Part shown: positions 1 to 10,437 of the stretch, piece after piece | Layout: each line of letters begins with the position of its first letter | Numbering within the stretch: position 1 is the stretch's first letter | NCBI RefSeq assembly: GCF_037042905.1 | Contig: NC_087246.1 | Span: 5,706,001 to 5,770,000 of the forward strand | DNA from: Lytechinus pictus | Lineage: Eukaryota | Length of the DNA stretch: 64,000 nt | Direction of reading: 5' to 3' | Made by a program: the position numbers and the translations under genes | Notes under the pieces: model-generated | What the model was told of the DNA's origin: nothing | Seen by the model: only the letters and a program-made list of their open reading frames with translations | The model's database searches: none

Positions 1-124
1 GATTTAGTTGGATTTAAATTGTCGCGGTGAACATCTTTCGCGAGGTGCAACGAGCGCAGTGGACCACCGAACGCAACGTAGAGTTTCAGCGGGGAGCTAG
101 CCCGATACCTACTCGACGTTCGCG

Positions 125-1633
125 ATGGCGTCTGTCGTCAATCCAGCCGCCCGCAACGGGGAATTGACACTACAGGAGGCCATGAAGCGGCTTTCGCCGA
201 ACGCACTCGCAGATGAAGTTTCACCGACGATCGATTCCACATTAGTTCAAGGAGCGAAAAGGAAAATTCTTCCGAAACGCAAGTCATCGGAATCTGAAAT
301 CAGCGGTTCGCAGAGATCAAACAAGGGAAACACCAGTAAATCATCATCCAATAAAAACAAACAAGGGAAAGCATCAAGAGATAGGAAATCATCGACTCAA
401 GCAGAAGAGAAAGAATTCCAATGTGAGTACTGTGATAAAACTGGCATTGAAATTATGATTGAATGTGAATGCTGCAAGCGGTGGTCATGTTTGTTGTGTC
501 AAGGCATGTCCATGGAAGTGTATGCTGTACTGAGTGACGAAAATAATCATGCTCATTGGTACTGTTTTTACTGTGAAGAGAAGGCTATACAAGCTATCAA
601 ATCAGTTGAATTGAATGAGCAGAAAACAGCAAACACTCATATCAATTCTGGCTTTACTGCCAACGGAGAACAAGGCAATAGCCGAAGTGCAGATATTCCC
701 TTCAATCAGTTGGATCAATTTACTCATCAAATATGTGAAATTATGCAAGAAATGAAAGGAATTAAGTCGATGCTAGAGTCTTCAGAGATAAATGACAATA
801 GAAATAAATCATACGCACATGTAACTAAACAACAAGAAAGAGTGGAGAGTAGGCCTAGAAGTAAAAGCAGTAGGGGCATTGAATCTGACATTAGCCAAAG
901 CCCGAACTACAATTCAGATTCACAGGCTAGTCATGTGCAACTGCAGCAACAATCTGCACTCATTAACATAGCAACTGTTGATGAAATAGTTGATAGAGAA
1001 AGAAGAAAGCTAAACTTAGTTTTATTCAATGTACCAGAGTCGACAGGTGATAGTTTTCAAGAGCGACAGTGTGAGGATGCAAAAGAGGCTGAAACTATCT
1101 TCTCAACAGGATGTCACGTGGAGGGAGTTAGGATTATGAAAGTCATACGACTGGGAGGGAGGATCCAAAATCAGAACGCCAAGCCCAGGGTTCTGTTGGT
1201 ACAACTTGAAGATGCTACACACAAAAGTGAAATCTTGAAGTCAGCAAAAAACTTGAGAAAAATAGAGAAATGGATGAATGTATTCATTGCTCCAGACATG
1301 ACTAAACAACAGCGATTAGAGCGTAAAGCTCTGAGGGAAGAGCTCAAGAGGAGACGCGAGGAGGGTGAAGAAAACTTGACGATTCGCAGAGGAAGATTAG
1401 TCACCTACAATATTGATGTGAAACTCAAGCAGAAGCGTACAGAGAATGTGGCACATTCCTTCTCCCGGCAGACGAAGGACAAGCAGGTGAAAGAGAATGT
1501 TCAATCCAGCTTCCAACAGTCAGAAGACATACAAGAAGTGCGACCCAGCACTAAACCTAAAGATGGACAAGTTTTAACAGATGAGACAAGGTTAGAAGGA
1601 GCAATAGGAGGAGTTGACCTCGGTGAGTGTTGA
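125..1633 (+). CDS. LINE ORF1 protein (PHD finger, coiled coil, RRM-like C-terminal domain)
   Basis: Cys-rich PHD-like pattern (CEYC...CECC...C..C...WYCFYC); NLVLFNVPES...RLG...PRVLLVQL...VFIAPDMT motifs typical of CR1/L2 ORF1; 502 aa uninterrupted. Confidence 0.88.
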   Translation: MASVVNPAARNGELTLQEAMKRLSPNALADEVSPTIDSTLVQGAKRKILPKRKSSESEISGSQRSNKGNTSKSSSNKNKQGKASRDRKSSTQAEEKEFQCEYCDKTGIEIMIECECCKRWSCLLCQGMSMEVYAVLSDENNHAHWYCFYCEEKAIQAIKSVELNEQKTANTHINSGFTANGEQGNSRSADIPFNQLDQFTHQICEIMQEMKGIKSMLESSEINDNRNKSYAHVTKQQERVESRPRSKSSRGIESDISQSPNYNSDSQASHVQLQQQSALINIATVDEIVDRERRKLNLVLFNVPESTGDSFQERQCEDAKEAETIFSTGCHVEGVRIMKVIRLGGRIQNQNAKPRVLLVQLEDATHKSEILKSAKNLRKIEKWMNVFIAPDMTKQQRLERKALREELKRRREEGEENLTIRRGRLVTYNIDVKLKQKRTENVAHSFSRQTKDKQVKENVQSSFQQSEDIQEVRPSTKPKDGQVLTDETRLEGAIGGVDLGEC

Positions 1634-1731
1634 CTACAGGAGAGTAAATGTTCAGTTGATGACAATTCAGTGGCATTTGAAACTGGAAATGATTTGAAAG
1701 TTCTATATACAAATGCAGACTCTTTATCAAA

Positions 1732-4527
1732 ATGATTGAGTTGGAAATCATTGTGCATAACTTGAATATTGATATTATTTTGGTGACTGAAGCAAAACCT
1801 AAATCTTCTGTAACAGAATCAACTCTGACTTCATTTAATATACAAGGATTTAATATATTTGGAAACCTTGAAAAGGGCAAGTGCAATTCTCGTGGAGTTT
1901 TGATATACACAAGGACTACACTCAAGGTGATTGAAGTGGAAATGTTTAATGACTTTATTGAATCATCATGGTGTATGATAACTCTACAAGGGAATTCGAA
2001 GCTTCTTGTAGGATGTATATATCGAAGCCCATCAAGTGCGATGGAAAATAATATATTGTTGAATAATTATATGAGACAACTGTCTGAAAACAAAGACACA
2101 GCTATATTTATCGTTGGTGACTTTAACTTTCCCGAAATAGACTGGAATTCATGGTACGTCAGAGGGTTAGGTGACAACCAGGCTAAACATTTTGTAGATG
2201 CTCTTCAAGACTCGTATTTTTTTCAACATGTATCTGAATATACAAGATTTAGACAAGGGCAAAATCCCAGTGTTTTAGACCTCGTTATTACAAACACAGA
2301 AGACATGATTAAAAACTTGGATGTGCTGCCTCCATTAGGAAAAAGTGACCATTGTTGTATTGTTGTTGACTTGAAAGTTTCTGGAGAAAAAAGAGCCAGA
2401 ACAAAGTCATTAAAGTTGAAACTAGACAAAGGAGATTATGAGAAACTCAATTATCTTCTCAGTGATATTAAGTGGAGTGAACTTTTAGTAGACAGGACAT
2501 GCTGTGATGCCTGGAAACTCTTCAAAGATATATTCCTTACTTTTGTTCAGGAATGCGTGCCTCCTTGCCAGATAAGAGACTCGAAGCAACGTAAGAGCCC
2601 ATATATATCGAAAGAAGCATTGAGGTTATCCAGCAAGAAGAAAAAAGCATGGAAGATGTATGTAAACACTGAAAGTATTATTGATCATGCTAAATACAAA
2701 AGGATACGTAATCATTTGAGACAAGTTACCAGACAGGACTGTATTGAGTATGAAGGATCACTAGCTAAGGAGGTAGCCTCAAACCCGAAGAAATTTTGGA
2801 AGTATGCCAACAGGAAAATAAAATCAAGACCTGGAATAAGTGATCTAGTAAACTCAGAGGGAAAAGTCATAAGTTCAGACATAGAAAAGGCAAAACTTCT
2901 TAATGACTTCTTTTCAAGCGTTTTTGTCAATGAGAATTTGTATTTTATGCCAGATATAAATTGGCAATACTCTGGTCCACCACTATCTGATGTAATTATT
3001 ACTAAAGAAAAGGTAGAAAAGAAAGTTCTTAAACTGAATGGAAGCAAATCTCCAGGTCCAGACGAAATGCATCCAAGACTGTTGAAGGAAACTGCACGTT
3101 CCATTTCTATTCCACTACAAATCATTTTTGAGAAGTCATTTGATGAAGGCATGCTTCCTGGTGATTGGAAAGTCGGAAACATAACTCCGCTACACAAAAA
3201 GGGAAGCAAGAAGAACATTGAAAACTATAGACCAATAAGTTTAACCTCAGTGGTTGGAAAAGTGATGGAAGGTTTAATTCGTGATATAGTGATGCAACAT
3301 CTGATGGATCATTGTTTGCTTTCAAACTGTCAACATGGATTTACTCCAAATCGGTCCTGTATGACACAACTTTTATGTGCAATGGAAGAAATGACAGGCA
3401 AACTTGATGCTGGAATTCCTATTGATGTCATTTATTTAGACTTTTGTAAAGCATTTGACTCTGTTCCTCATGAAAGACTTCTCAAGAAATTAATGTCATA
3501 TGGTATAGTTGGAAAATTACATGCTTGGATAAGAGCCTTTGTAACAGGAAGGGAACAGAGAGTGACTATCAACGGTGAAAGTTCTGATTGGAGTCAAGTA
3601 AGCAGCGGAATTCCGCAAGGGAGCGTGTTAGGACCCATTCTCTTTGTCATCTTTATAAATGATTTACCTAATATTTTGGACAATTCTGTGTATATATTTG
3701 CCGACGATACCAAAATCATCGGTGATGTTAGCTCTGATGTTAAACAAAAGACTCTTCAAGCAGATCTTACTCATGCTGTCGAATGGAGTGAAACCTGGCA
3801 ACTTAAGTTTAATACTAAGAAATGCAAGGTTCTACATATTGGAAAGAACAATTCAAGAAGTGTGTATACTATGAATGGAGATGAATTAGAACCATGTAAG
3901 CAGGAAAAAGATCTCGGTGTTATTATGGATGAAGAGCTCAATTTTCACCAACATGTCTCAGCAGCTGTTTTGAAAGCTAACCAAATACTTGGAATAATAC
4001 ACAGGACTTTTTCTCAAATAACCCCTGAAATATTACCAATTTTGTTTGTATCTCTGGTTCGACCTCATCTGGAATATGGGAACATTTTATGGCATGTGAG
4101 ATTCAAAATGGATGCAGACAAAGTAGAGAAGGTGCAAAGGAGAGCTACTCGCATGATTCCTGGTCTCCAGAGCTTACCGTATGAGCAACGTCTACAGAGA
4201 CTAAACCTTCACTCACTGTTTTACAGAAGACGAAGAGGAGATATGATTACTGTGTACAAACTGTTAAATGGAAAGTTTGGGATCTCGAGTGATATATTTT
4301 TCACACCAGCAATCCATTCAGCAACTAGAGGTCACAAGTTCAAGCTCTTCACAGGACGATCCCGGTTGGAACTTAGGAGCAAATTTTTTAGTCAAAGAGT
4401 AATTTCTGACTGGAACAAACTGCCTACAGAAGTAGTGGAAGCAAAATCAGTGGAAATGTTTAAACATCGTTTGGATAAATTTTGGTGGGGGGAAAGATTT
4501 AAAACCTCCATTTCTCAACGCACGTAA
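1732..4527 (+). CDS. LINE ORF2: apurinic-like endonuclease + reverse transcriptase
   Basis: APE motifs (VTE, CIYRSPS, GDFNFP, LDL, SDH) and RT motifs (YRPISLTS, QHGF, LDFCKAFDSVPH, GIPQGSVLGP, FADDTK, KDLGV, RPHLEY, TRGH). The first APE motif LKVLYTNADSL (1694-1726) lies upstream in a different frame. Confidence 0.93.
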   Translation: MIELEIIVHNLNIDIILVTEAKPKSSVTESTLTSFNIQGFNIFGNLEKGKCNSRGVLIYTRTTLKVIEVEMFNDFIESSWCMITLQGNSKLLVGCIYRSPSSAMENNILLNNYMRQLSENKDTAIFIVGDFNFPEIDWNSWYVRGLGDNQAKHFVDALQDSYFFQHVSEYTRFRQGQNPSVLDLVITNTEDMIKNLDVLPPLGKSDHCCIVVDLKVSGEKRARTKSLKLKLDKGDYEKLNYLLSDIKWSELLVDRTCCDAWKLFKDIFLTFVQECVPPCQIRDSKQRKSPYISKEALRLSSKKKKAWKMYVNTESIIDHAKYKRIRNHLRQVTRQDCIEYEGSLAKEVASNPKKFWKYANRKIKSRPGISDLVNSEGKVISSDIEKAKLLNDFFSSVFVNENLYFMPDINWQYSGPPLSDVIITKEKVEKKVLKLNGSKSPGPDEMHPRLLKETARSISIPLQIIFEKSFDEGMLPGDWKVGNITPLHKKGSKKNIENYRPISLTSVVGKVMEGLIRDIVMQHLMDHCLLSNCQHGFTPNRSCMTQLLCAMEEMTGKLDAGIPIDVIYLDFCKAFDSVPHERLLKKLMSYGIVGKLHAWIRAFVTGREQRVTINGESSDWSQVSSGIPQGSVLGPILFVIFINDLPNILDNSVYIFADDTKIIGDVSSDVKQKTLQADLTHAVEWSETWQLKFNTKKCKVLHIGKNNSRSVYTMNGDELEPCKQEKDLGVIMDEELNFHQHVSAAVLKANQILGIIHRTFSQITPEILPILFVSLVRPHLEYGNILWHVRFKMDADKVEKVQRRATRMIPGLQSLPYEQRLQRLNLHSLFYRRRRGDMITVYKLLNGKFGISSDIFFTPAIHSATRGHKFKLFTGRSRLELRSKFFSQRVISDWNKLPTEVVEAKSVEMFKHRLDKFWWGERFKTSISQRT

Positions 4528-4637
4528 AGTCTCACAAGTTTAAACTGTCTAGATAATCGTCAATTACCGGAAGTTAAGATCGGAAAACCTACAGGAGAAG
4601 TCCTTCATTTCCGTACCTGATGTGATGTGATGTGATG

Positions 4638-4743
4638 TGTGCGCGATCGTTGTGTACAAAGTCAATGGGAGTGGAAAGATGTCACCACCGCTGACGAAAT
4701 AAACGGCAATTAATGGACTGGTGACATAAACCACGATAATGCC
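4638..4743. mobile_element. Right part of a small MITE interrupted by the LINE
   Basis: caaagtcaatg...gggagtggaaagatgtcaccaccgctgacgaaataaacggca...ggtgacataaaccacgataatgcc nearly identical to 33524-33616. Confidence 0.85.
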
Positions 4744-4826
4744 CATAATAGATCTAATTCAAATAGTTATTTTTTCATTCTCACTCTCTTTTCCTGTTAT
4801 CATTACATATATTGCAGACCGATGTG

Positions 4827-5004
4827 ATGGCTGAGAAAATGAAAAGAAATGTTACATTTGCAAAGCAGGAAGAGCAAGGTGATGGTGGTCCATCAGAATC
4901 TAAGAGGATTAAAACCTTCAAAGAGAAGCATTCGCTTGACAGTGATGAAGAGGATAAGGTAGATGAAGTTGCTGCTTATCAGATGCATGAGGAAGAAGTA
5001 GAAG
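4827..5004 (+). CDS. CD2BP2: CD2BP2 coding exon 1
   Basis: Acceptor ttgcag ending 4817, ATG 4827, donor GAAG|gtaaaa. Confidence 0.88.
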
Positions 5005-6904
5005 GTAAAAAACATTTAATCCCCCCCCCCCCCTTGCTTCAACCGTACTCGGCCTTTCAGAGGAATTAGTAATTACAGTTATATAGATGGGTTTTTTTTT
5101 TTTACTTCAACATGAAGCCATAATGCTCAGCTGAGGTTGACGTAGAATTCAAAAGTGATGAAATAAATGGCTGTTTGTTTCTCTTCATAATTATTTGTAT
5201 ATATTCATTTATTGTTAATTGACCCTTTGATCAGTGCTTATTATGCTGCACATTAAAATGAGTCAGGCTGGATGTAAACTGTCAGTATCAACTGTGTTTG
5301 TGAACCGATACTCTATTCCATATGTGCATCATATAACTTAGGTTGCAGGGTTTTGCATGTGAAATTTTATTTAGAAAGGAAAGAGCTGTTCCTGGTCAAA
5401 GACAACATTTTCAAATCAATTTAGTGTTATGACATTTATTTTTCATTCTAGATTCCCAACATTTACTTTTTGTGACACATGAGTTTTGCTGCCCCAGCAG
5501 CAATACAAATTCCTTGAAATGTTGAACAGATCTACATATAACATCGCATTTTATTTGTTGTCGATTACCCTCATTTCGCAGGGGCTGAAGATGATGAGGA
5601 TGGTATTGCAGAATCTGATGATGACATTAAGATAACCCCCTTCAATCTAAAGCAAGAAATGTCTGAAGGTCACTTTGATAAGGATGGCAATTATCACGAG
5701 AAGAAGGGAGATGATGTACGTGACGAATGGCTCGAGAACATTGACTGGGAGAGGCTTGAGGAGGAGAATGCCATGAAACGTCGGGCAGACAAGGGTGAAG
5801 AGGCTGATGATGAAGATGAGGGAGATGCAAAAGTGGTCAGACCAGAGCTTGAAGTGATGCGGCTAATGCTTGGATTCATGAAGGAAGGAGAAAGTGTTAC
5901 AAAGGCAATGCAAAGGTTGGGTGGTGGCAAGAAAAGGATGGGATCTGCAGCACAGAGAAAATTTAAGAATGATTCAGACTCAAGCAATAAAGTTACAGCC
6001 GAGAGTAAGGCCGACATGCTAAAACTGACAGACCTGGTGGATGAGCTTGTGGCTCGGGGACAGTTTGATATGTATCAATATACATATGAGAAGATCCAAC
6101 ACAAACTGAAACAAGATGAGGATGCACAAGCTGCCAAGAAAGATGCAGAGTTTGACATGTTTGCAGAGGAGGTTGATGAGAAGAAACTCACAACAAACAC
6201 AAAGAAAGAAGGTACTGTACATGTAGGTTTGAACCTGTTTGAACTTTTAATTGAAAAGTGTGTAGTCAGTTTTGGCTTTGATATAACTGCACACATACAT
6301 GAAAAGTAATACATGTGTCCTGATTGAAGGAATATTACAGTAGGAAGACGTAAAGATTCACAAATTAGGTATATACTTTATGTTTAATTAATGGTTTGTC
6401 ATTCGCTCTTCATAAGAATATTTATACATGGACTTTATAAAAGTAACACCCACATTCTCAACCAAAAAATTATTTTTAATAGTAAGCTATTTCAATGATA
6501 TTCCAGCTTACCTGTCATGTATAATATTCAACTTCAGAGAGAATGTTATAAACGGTTTCTATATCATATATATTTTTAATCCAAATGTATTAAAGGTAAG
6601 ATAAGCAAACATTAATATTTTTATAATTTAAACATGCCTTACCATGCATATTGTTTTTCTTTTGAATACATGTGCAGATGAATCGAGTAGTATGGGAAAG
6701 AGCGAACTAGATCCTGACAAGGTCTATTGGGAATACAAATGGGAAAACCAAGAAGACGCTGATGTCTATGGACCTTATGAAAGTGAACAGATGGAGAATT
6801 GGACAAACCAGGACTATTTCAAGGATGGGGTCTGGGTGCGTAAAGTCGGATCTGGCCAGAACTTTTACACATCAAAACGGATTGATTTCAGTTTGTATGT
6901 ATGA
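4827..6904 (+). CDS. CD2BP2: CD2 antigen cytoplasmic tail-binding protein 2 (U5 snRNP 52K / LIN1 homolog), coding exons 4827-5004, 5582-6211, 6678-6904; 344 aa
   Basis: KRNVTF, FKEKHSLDSDEE, ITPFNLKQEMSEGHFDKDGNY, WLENIDW and a C-terminal GYF-type domain WEYKWEN...YGPY...FYTSKRIDFSLYV match CD2BP2. GT-AG junctions join in frame (phase 1, phase 1). Confidence 0.95.
5582..6211 (+). CDS. CD2BP2: CD2BP2 coding exon 2
   Basis: tttcgcag| acceptor; ITPFNL...EGHFD motif; G|gtactg donor. Confidence 0.9.
6678..6904 (+). CDS. CD2BP2: CD2BP2 coding exon 3 (GYF domain)
   Basis: tgtgcag| acceptor; GYF-domain sequence; TGA 6902-6904. Confidence 0.92.
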
Positions 6905-7157
6905 GCCTTGACTAGTTGTATCAATGTAGCCTTTGAAGGACGATCATTAATTGACTTCACTGTGAACCTGCAGCTCCTGGATCTAATATCTCCCAGCTTG
7001 GTCATTGATTCTTCTTCTAATTGTGTGTGTAGATATACTGTTTATCCTGAAACACTTGCTAATAATGCCTGATCATGTGCATGTATATCCTCTGAGCACC
7101 ACCTCACTTTTAGTCATGACTGATGCTGGATTTGTACAAGTCAGCACACATATCACC

Positions 7158-9820
7158 TAGCAGTCAGTAGGCAGGTTCCCGAAAAGTGACTTCTTTCATC
7201 CAAGCAATATGACTGTTTCCTAGGTAATTGGTTATACCAGCTTGGCGTTTACCAGCAAAACGCTGTCCTGCCGAGTTCTACGGGAGTTACCAAAAACAGA
7301 AACTAAAGAGGTTTTGCATATTTAATGAGCTTGGTGCGCTCGAAAACACCTTTTTCATTCGATCATTGCTGCTCTAATTATACATTAGATTTCATGATTT
7401 GGTATCATTGTAAAGAAGAAGAATCATTCTTCATGTCATGTGTTTGAATTTATTTAAAGTTTTTGAAATGTAGGTGAAACCTTTGATCTAATATGCTACA
7501 AAATAATAACTTTCACATTACAAAAGCTGCTATTTTTACACTTTATTTTTGTTTGAGCCCAAATGATTTTTTGATCATGATGAAACTGAATATGTATGAT
7601 TAAAATGGTATAGGTTTCAAAATAAGAATTGGTTTAACCGGGTCAAGATCACACTTTTCCCTGGCCAAGTACATAAAGCAGCTTGAAAACAAGAATACTG
7701 CACTCTAATTAGTCAAAGAGACCACACACTGGTAAATTCCAATGGTTCCAGTGACTGGGTTCACAGGAAGGTCACACGGCAGTTTATAATCACTCGCGTC
7801 GCGTTCTGGTTCGTAATCACTCGCGTTTTGAATTTTTGGCGATTTTTTTTATTTCGGTGCGATTTTTTTTAAACGGTGTCTTCAATGGGACAGACATGCA
7901 GGGAAATTTGAGTTTCGTTTTAAGCCGGCAATTAAGTGCCTTAAAATAAAATGTACTCGACTACTGTTCTAAGTACCAAGAATAGATAACAAGCTTGATC
8001 CGCCCCGGACAGCTGGCAGCAGTCTGTTTCGAGGAGTTTTTTTCAAACATTTTTAATTTCTTTTTATTTCTCTGTATTTGGTGAGTGGAGCCAACGGAGT
8101 TCAGCGGAACAACCAACATAATAATTAATAGACACAAAGACCGAAGCTTTTGGTCAATATCAACGAACGTAGAGGGCAGCAACACACAAGCGTGTTGCTC
8201 TAAGGAAGGTCAACTCCGCTCGAATTTTGTGACCACTCTAAAAAATAAAAAAAAAACTTATATCACACACACACACAATTATTTGTATAAAGGAACAATT
8301 TTGTTGGTCCCTCGGACTTCTTTGTAACCAGAGTGCACTTTACTCCCCCTCCTACTTCTCTTTCTTCTCAGTCTTCTTTTTATTCCCATTATTATGTCAT
8401 CTTATTCTTCTCCCTGTTCTTCTACTTCTCAATTTCTTCCCTTTCTCCTTATTGTTCATCTCCCTTCTCACTTCTTCCTTTTCTCTTCTCAGTCTTCCCC
8501 TTATTTTATTTTCTCTTTCTCTTCTTCTACATCCTCCCCTCAATTTTCTCTTTTTAGTTTCATTTTTACCCCCTTATGTCCTCCATTTTCTTTTTTCTTC
8601 TTCTACTTCTCCTCCTCCTTCCTTCTTGCTTTTCTTCTTCAGCACTTTTTTCCTCCCTAATTTTTACGTTAGTGTAGAATAATTCACAAAGAAAGGGAGA
8701 AGCAAATAAATAGTGATATTATGAAATTGTAGCACCTCACTATGCTTTATAAAGAATACCACAGACTTCAGGAAAATCCTCCAAAGGCAAAGCTAAATCG
8801 AGAGTAGCCTTTCCTCCTTTTTCTTCTTTATTCCTTTTCTCCTTTTTTCCTTGCTTCTTTCTTTCTGTCTGTCTTTTTTTTTCTTTCTATTTTCTCCCTC
8901 TTTCCCTTCCTTTCTCCCCCCCCTCTCTCTTTTTTTAGGGGGAGCCCCCCCCCCCCCCGCTTCCGCCGCCTATGGCTCTAAGATTTAAGATGTGGAATGT
9001 GATTATGTTAAAACAGTAGTCAAAATTTGCTTGTTATCTTAAAACAGTGGTCGAGAACGTTTTATTTAAGGCACTTACCAGCTTAAAATAAAACGAAACT
9101 CGAATTTCAATATTATTTTATTTTTCCAGTACGTTTGTCCCATTGAAGACACCGTTAGAAAAAAAATCGCACCGAAAAAAAAAAAATCGCCAAAAATCAA
9201 AAACGCGTGTGATTACCAACCCGACGCGAGTGATTACGAACGCAAGTGAATATAATAAGCCGGTCACACTCCCCATGTGGTAATCTCATCAAATTACCCG
9301 CGCTTTTTGTTTTGAAGCCTTATCCAGCCAATCAGAACTCTGAATTTCATGCTACTCAAATTTTTTAGAAATCTCGTCTTGTACCTTGGTGGGAAGTGTG
9401 ATCTTAACCTGATTATTACTGTAGGTGCCGCATATCAAGAGTGACATTGTGAGAAAGTACAGGAGTTCAGCTTTGTGGTGATATAGATATCTTTGAGGCT
9501 CAAAATAAGAAGTTTGGCACAATTTGCAAAAGAAAACGGAGGTAGAAAATTCAGTTGTGGGGGACATTTTCAGGCCTGAAATTCACTTATTTATCAAAAT
9601 ATTTTATACAAAATTAATGACCAATATGAAAGAGAAACATCTACTCTATCCAATTGTGCAAGGATATTTAATTTGACTTGAGAATAAAGTAGGTTAATTC
9701 TTAGACAAAGAAAATCTCACGATTCATGAGACTTTGCAGGGGGAGGATTCAGCCACGAGAGGATTTGGGTGAATTTGCCCCATTTGCTCATTAGCACAGG
9801 GACCTGCAGTCTGACTGCTA
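7158..9820. mobile_element. Non-autonomous DNA transposon with TAG...CTA termini (Academ-like, tentative)
   Basis: Imperfect TIRs tagcagtcagtaggcaggttcc / gggacctgcagtctgactgcta; left portion homologous to 14181-14625. Confidence 0.55.
7778..9261. mobile_element. Nested non-autonomous DNA transposon, long TIRs, 8-bp TSD (Merlin-like GG...CC ends)
   Basis: TSD GGTCACAC at 7770-7777 and 9262-9269; roughly 170-bp imperfect inverted arms (e.g. aacggtgtcttcaatgggaca / tgtcccattgaagacaccgtt); internal CT-rich tracts. Confidence 0.82.
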
Positions 9821-9849
9821 GGATGTCCTCTACATGGCAGTATGATAAA

Positions 9850-10422
9850 ATTTTTGATATTGATATTTAATTAATTGCTAATTAATTTGGTGATCTACAT
9901 GTATGTGTGAAATTAAAGATATACTCTAATGAATTTAATATGCACCAACAAACTGCTGATTTTCTACATTCTAAGATTCTTTGTACAGTGTAGGAATCTG
10001 ATCAGATGTGCATGTAAAAAAAATTTACAATTTCTTCATATATATTTTCCTTGTTTTTTACTTTGTTTTTATTGGTAATTCAATGGAAATCATCTGTGAT
10101 TTTATTCTGTTCATAAACAATATGAAATCAATTGAGTTTAATCAGTAAAAGTAGAAATAAAGATACATTAAATTTTGGCTAAAAACACAATTTGCATTGG
10201 ATTTGTACATGAATTCAGGTTTTGAGCAATTTAATGCAGACATACACTTACACTTGCATAATTTCGGAACCCTATGCCCGGGGATCACAAATTTGGTCTC
10301 AAAAGTTGCGCGAAACATGAAATTAAACAAGTCATGGAGCTACGCATTGCCAACTTTTCGTGTTACAGATAGTGAAAAATGTTGGGGGCGGATTCCATCC
10401 CCTCCAGTATCTTTAGGGTTAA
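9850..10422 (-). mobile_element. Degenerate piggyBac-like MITE copy (reverse orientation)
   Basis: Ends tagggTTAA at 10422; internal sequence is a reverse-complement relative of 15202-15930. Confidence 0.6.
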
Positions 10423-10437
10423 AACGCAGTTTTTGCA

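Larger units (their letters stand above)
1..4637 (+). mobile_element. Near full-length CR1-type non-LTR retrotransposon (5' end may extend left of the window)
   Basis: GC-rich 5' UTR, PHD ORF1, APE+RT ORF2, short 3' UTR with stem-loop (cggaaa 4581-4586 / tttccg 4608-4613; inner agga-gaag-tcct) and a (TGATG)4 tail at 4618-4637, as expected for CR1/L2-group 3' ends. Confidence 0.92.

Noticed and set aside
1625..1636. Cys-UGA (TGT TGA) as a selenocysteine codon
   Set aside because: No recognisable SECIS core in the short 3' UTR (4528-4637) and no redox-domain context; ordinary readthrough or termination is more parsimonious.
2223..3874. Short antisense or alternative-frame ORFs within LINE ORF2
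   Set aside because: Expected shadows of a long coding frame; no independent motifs.
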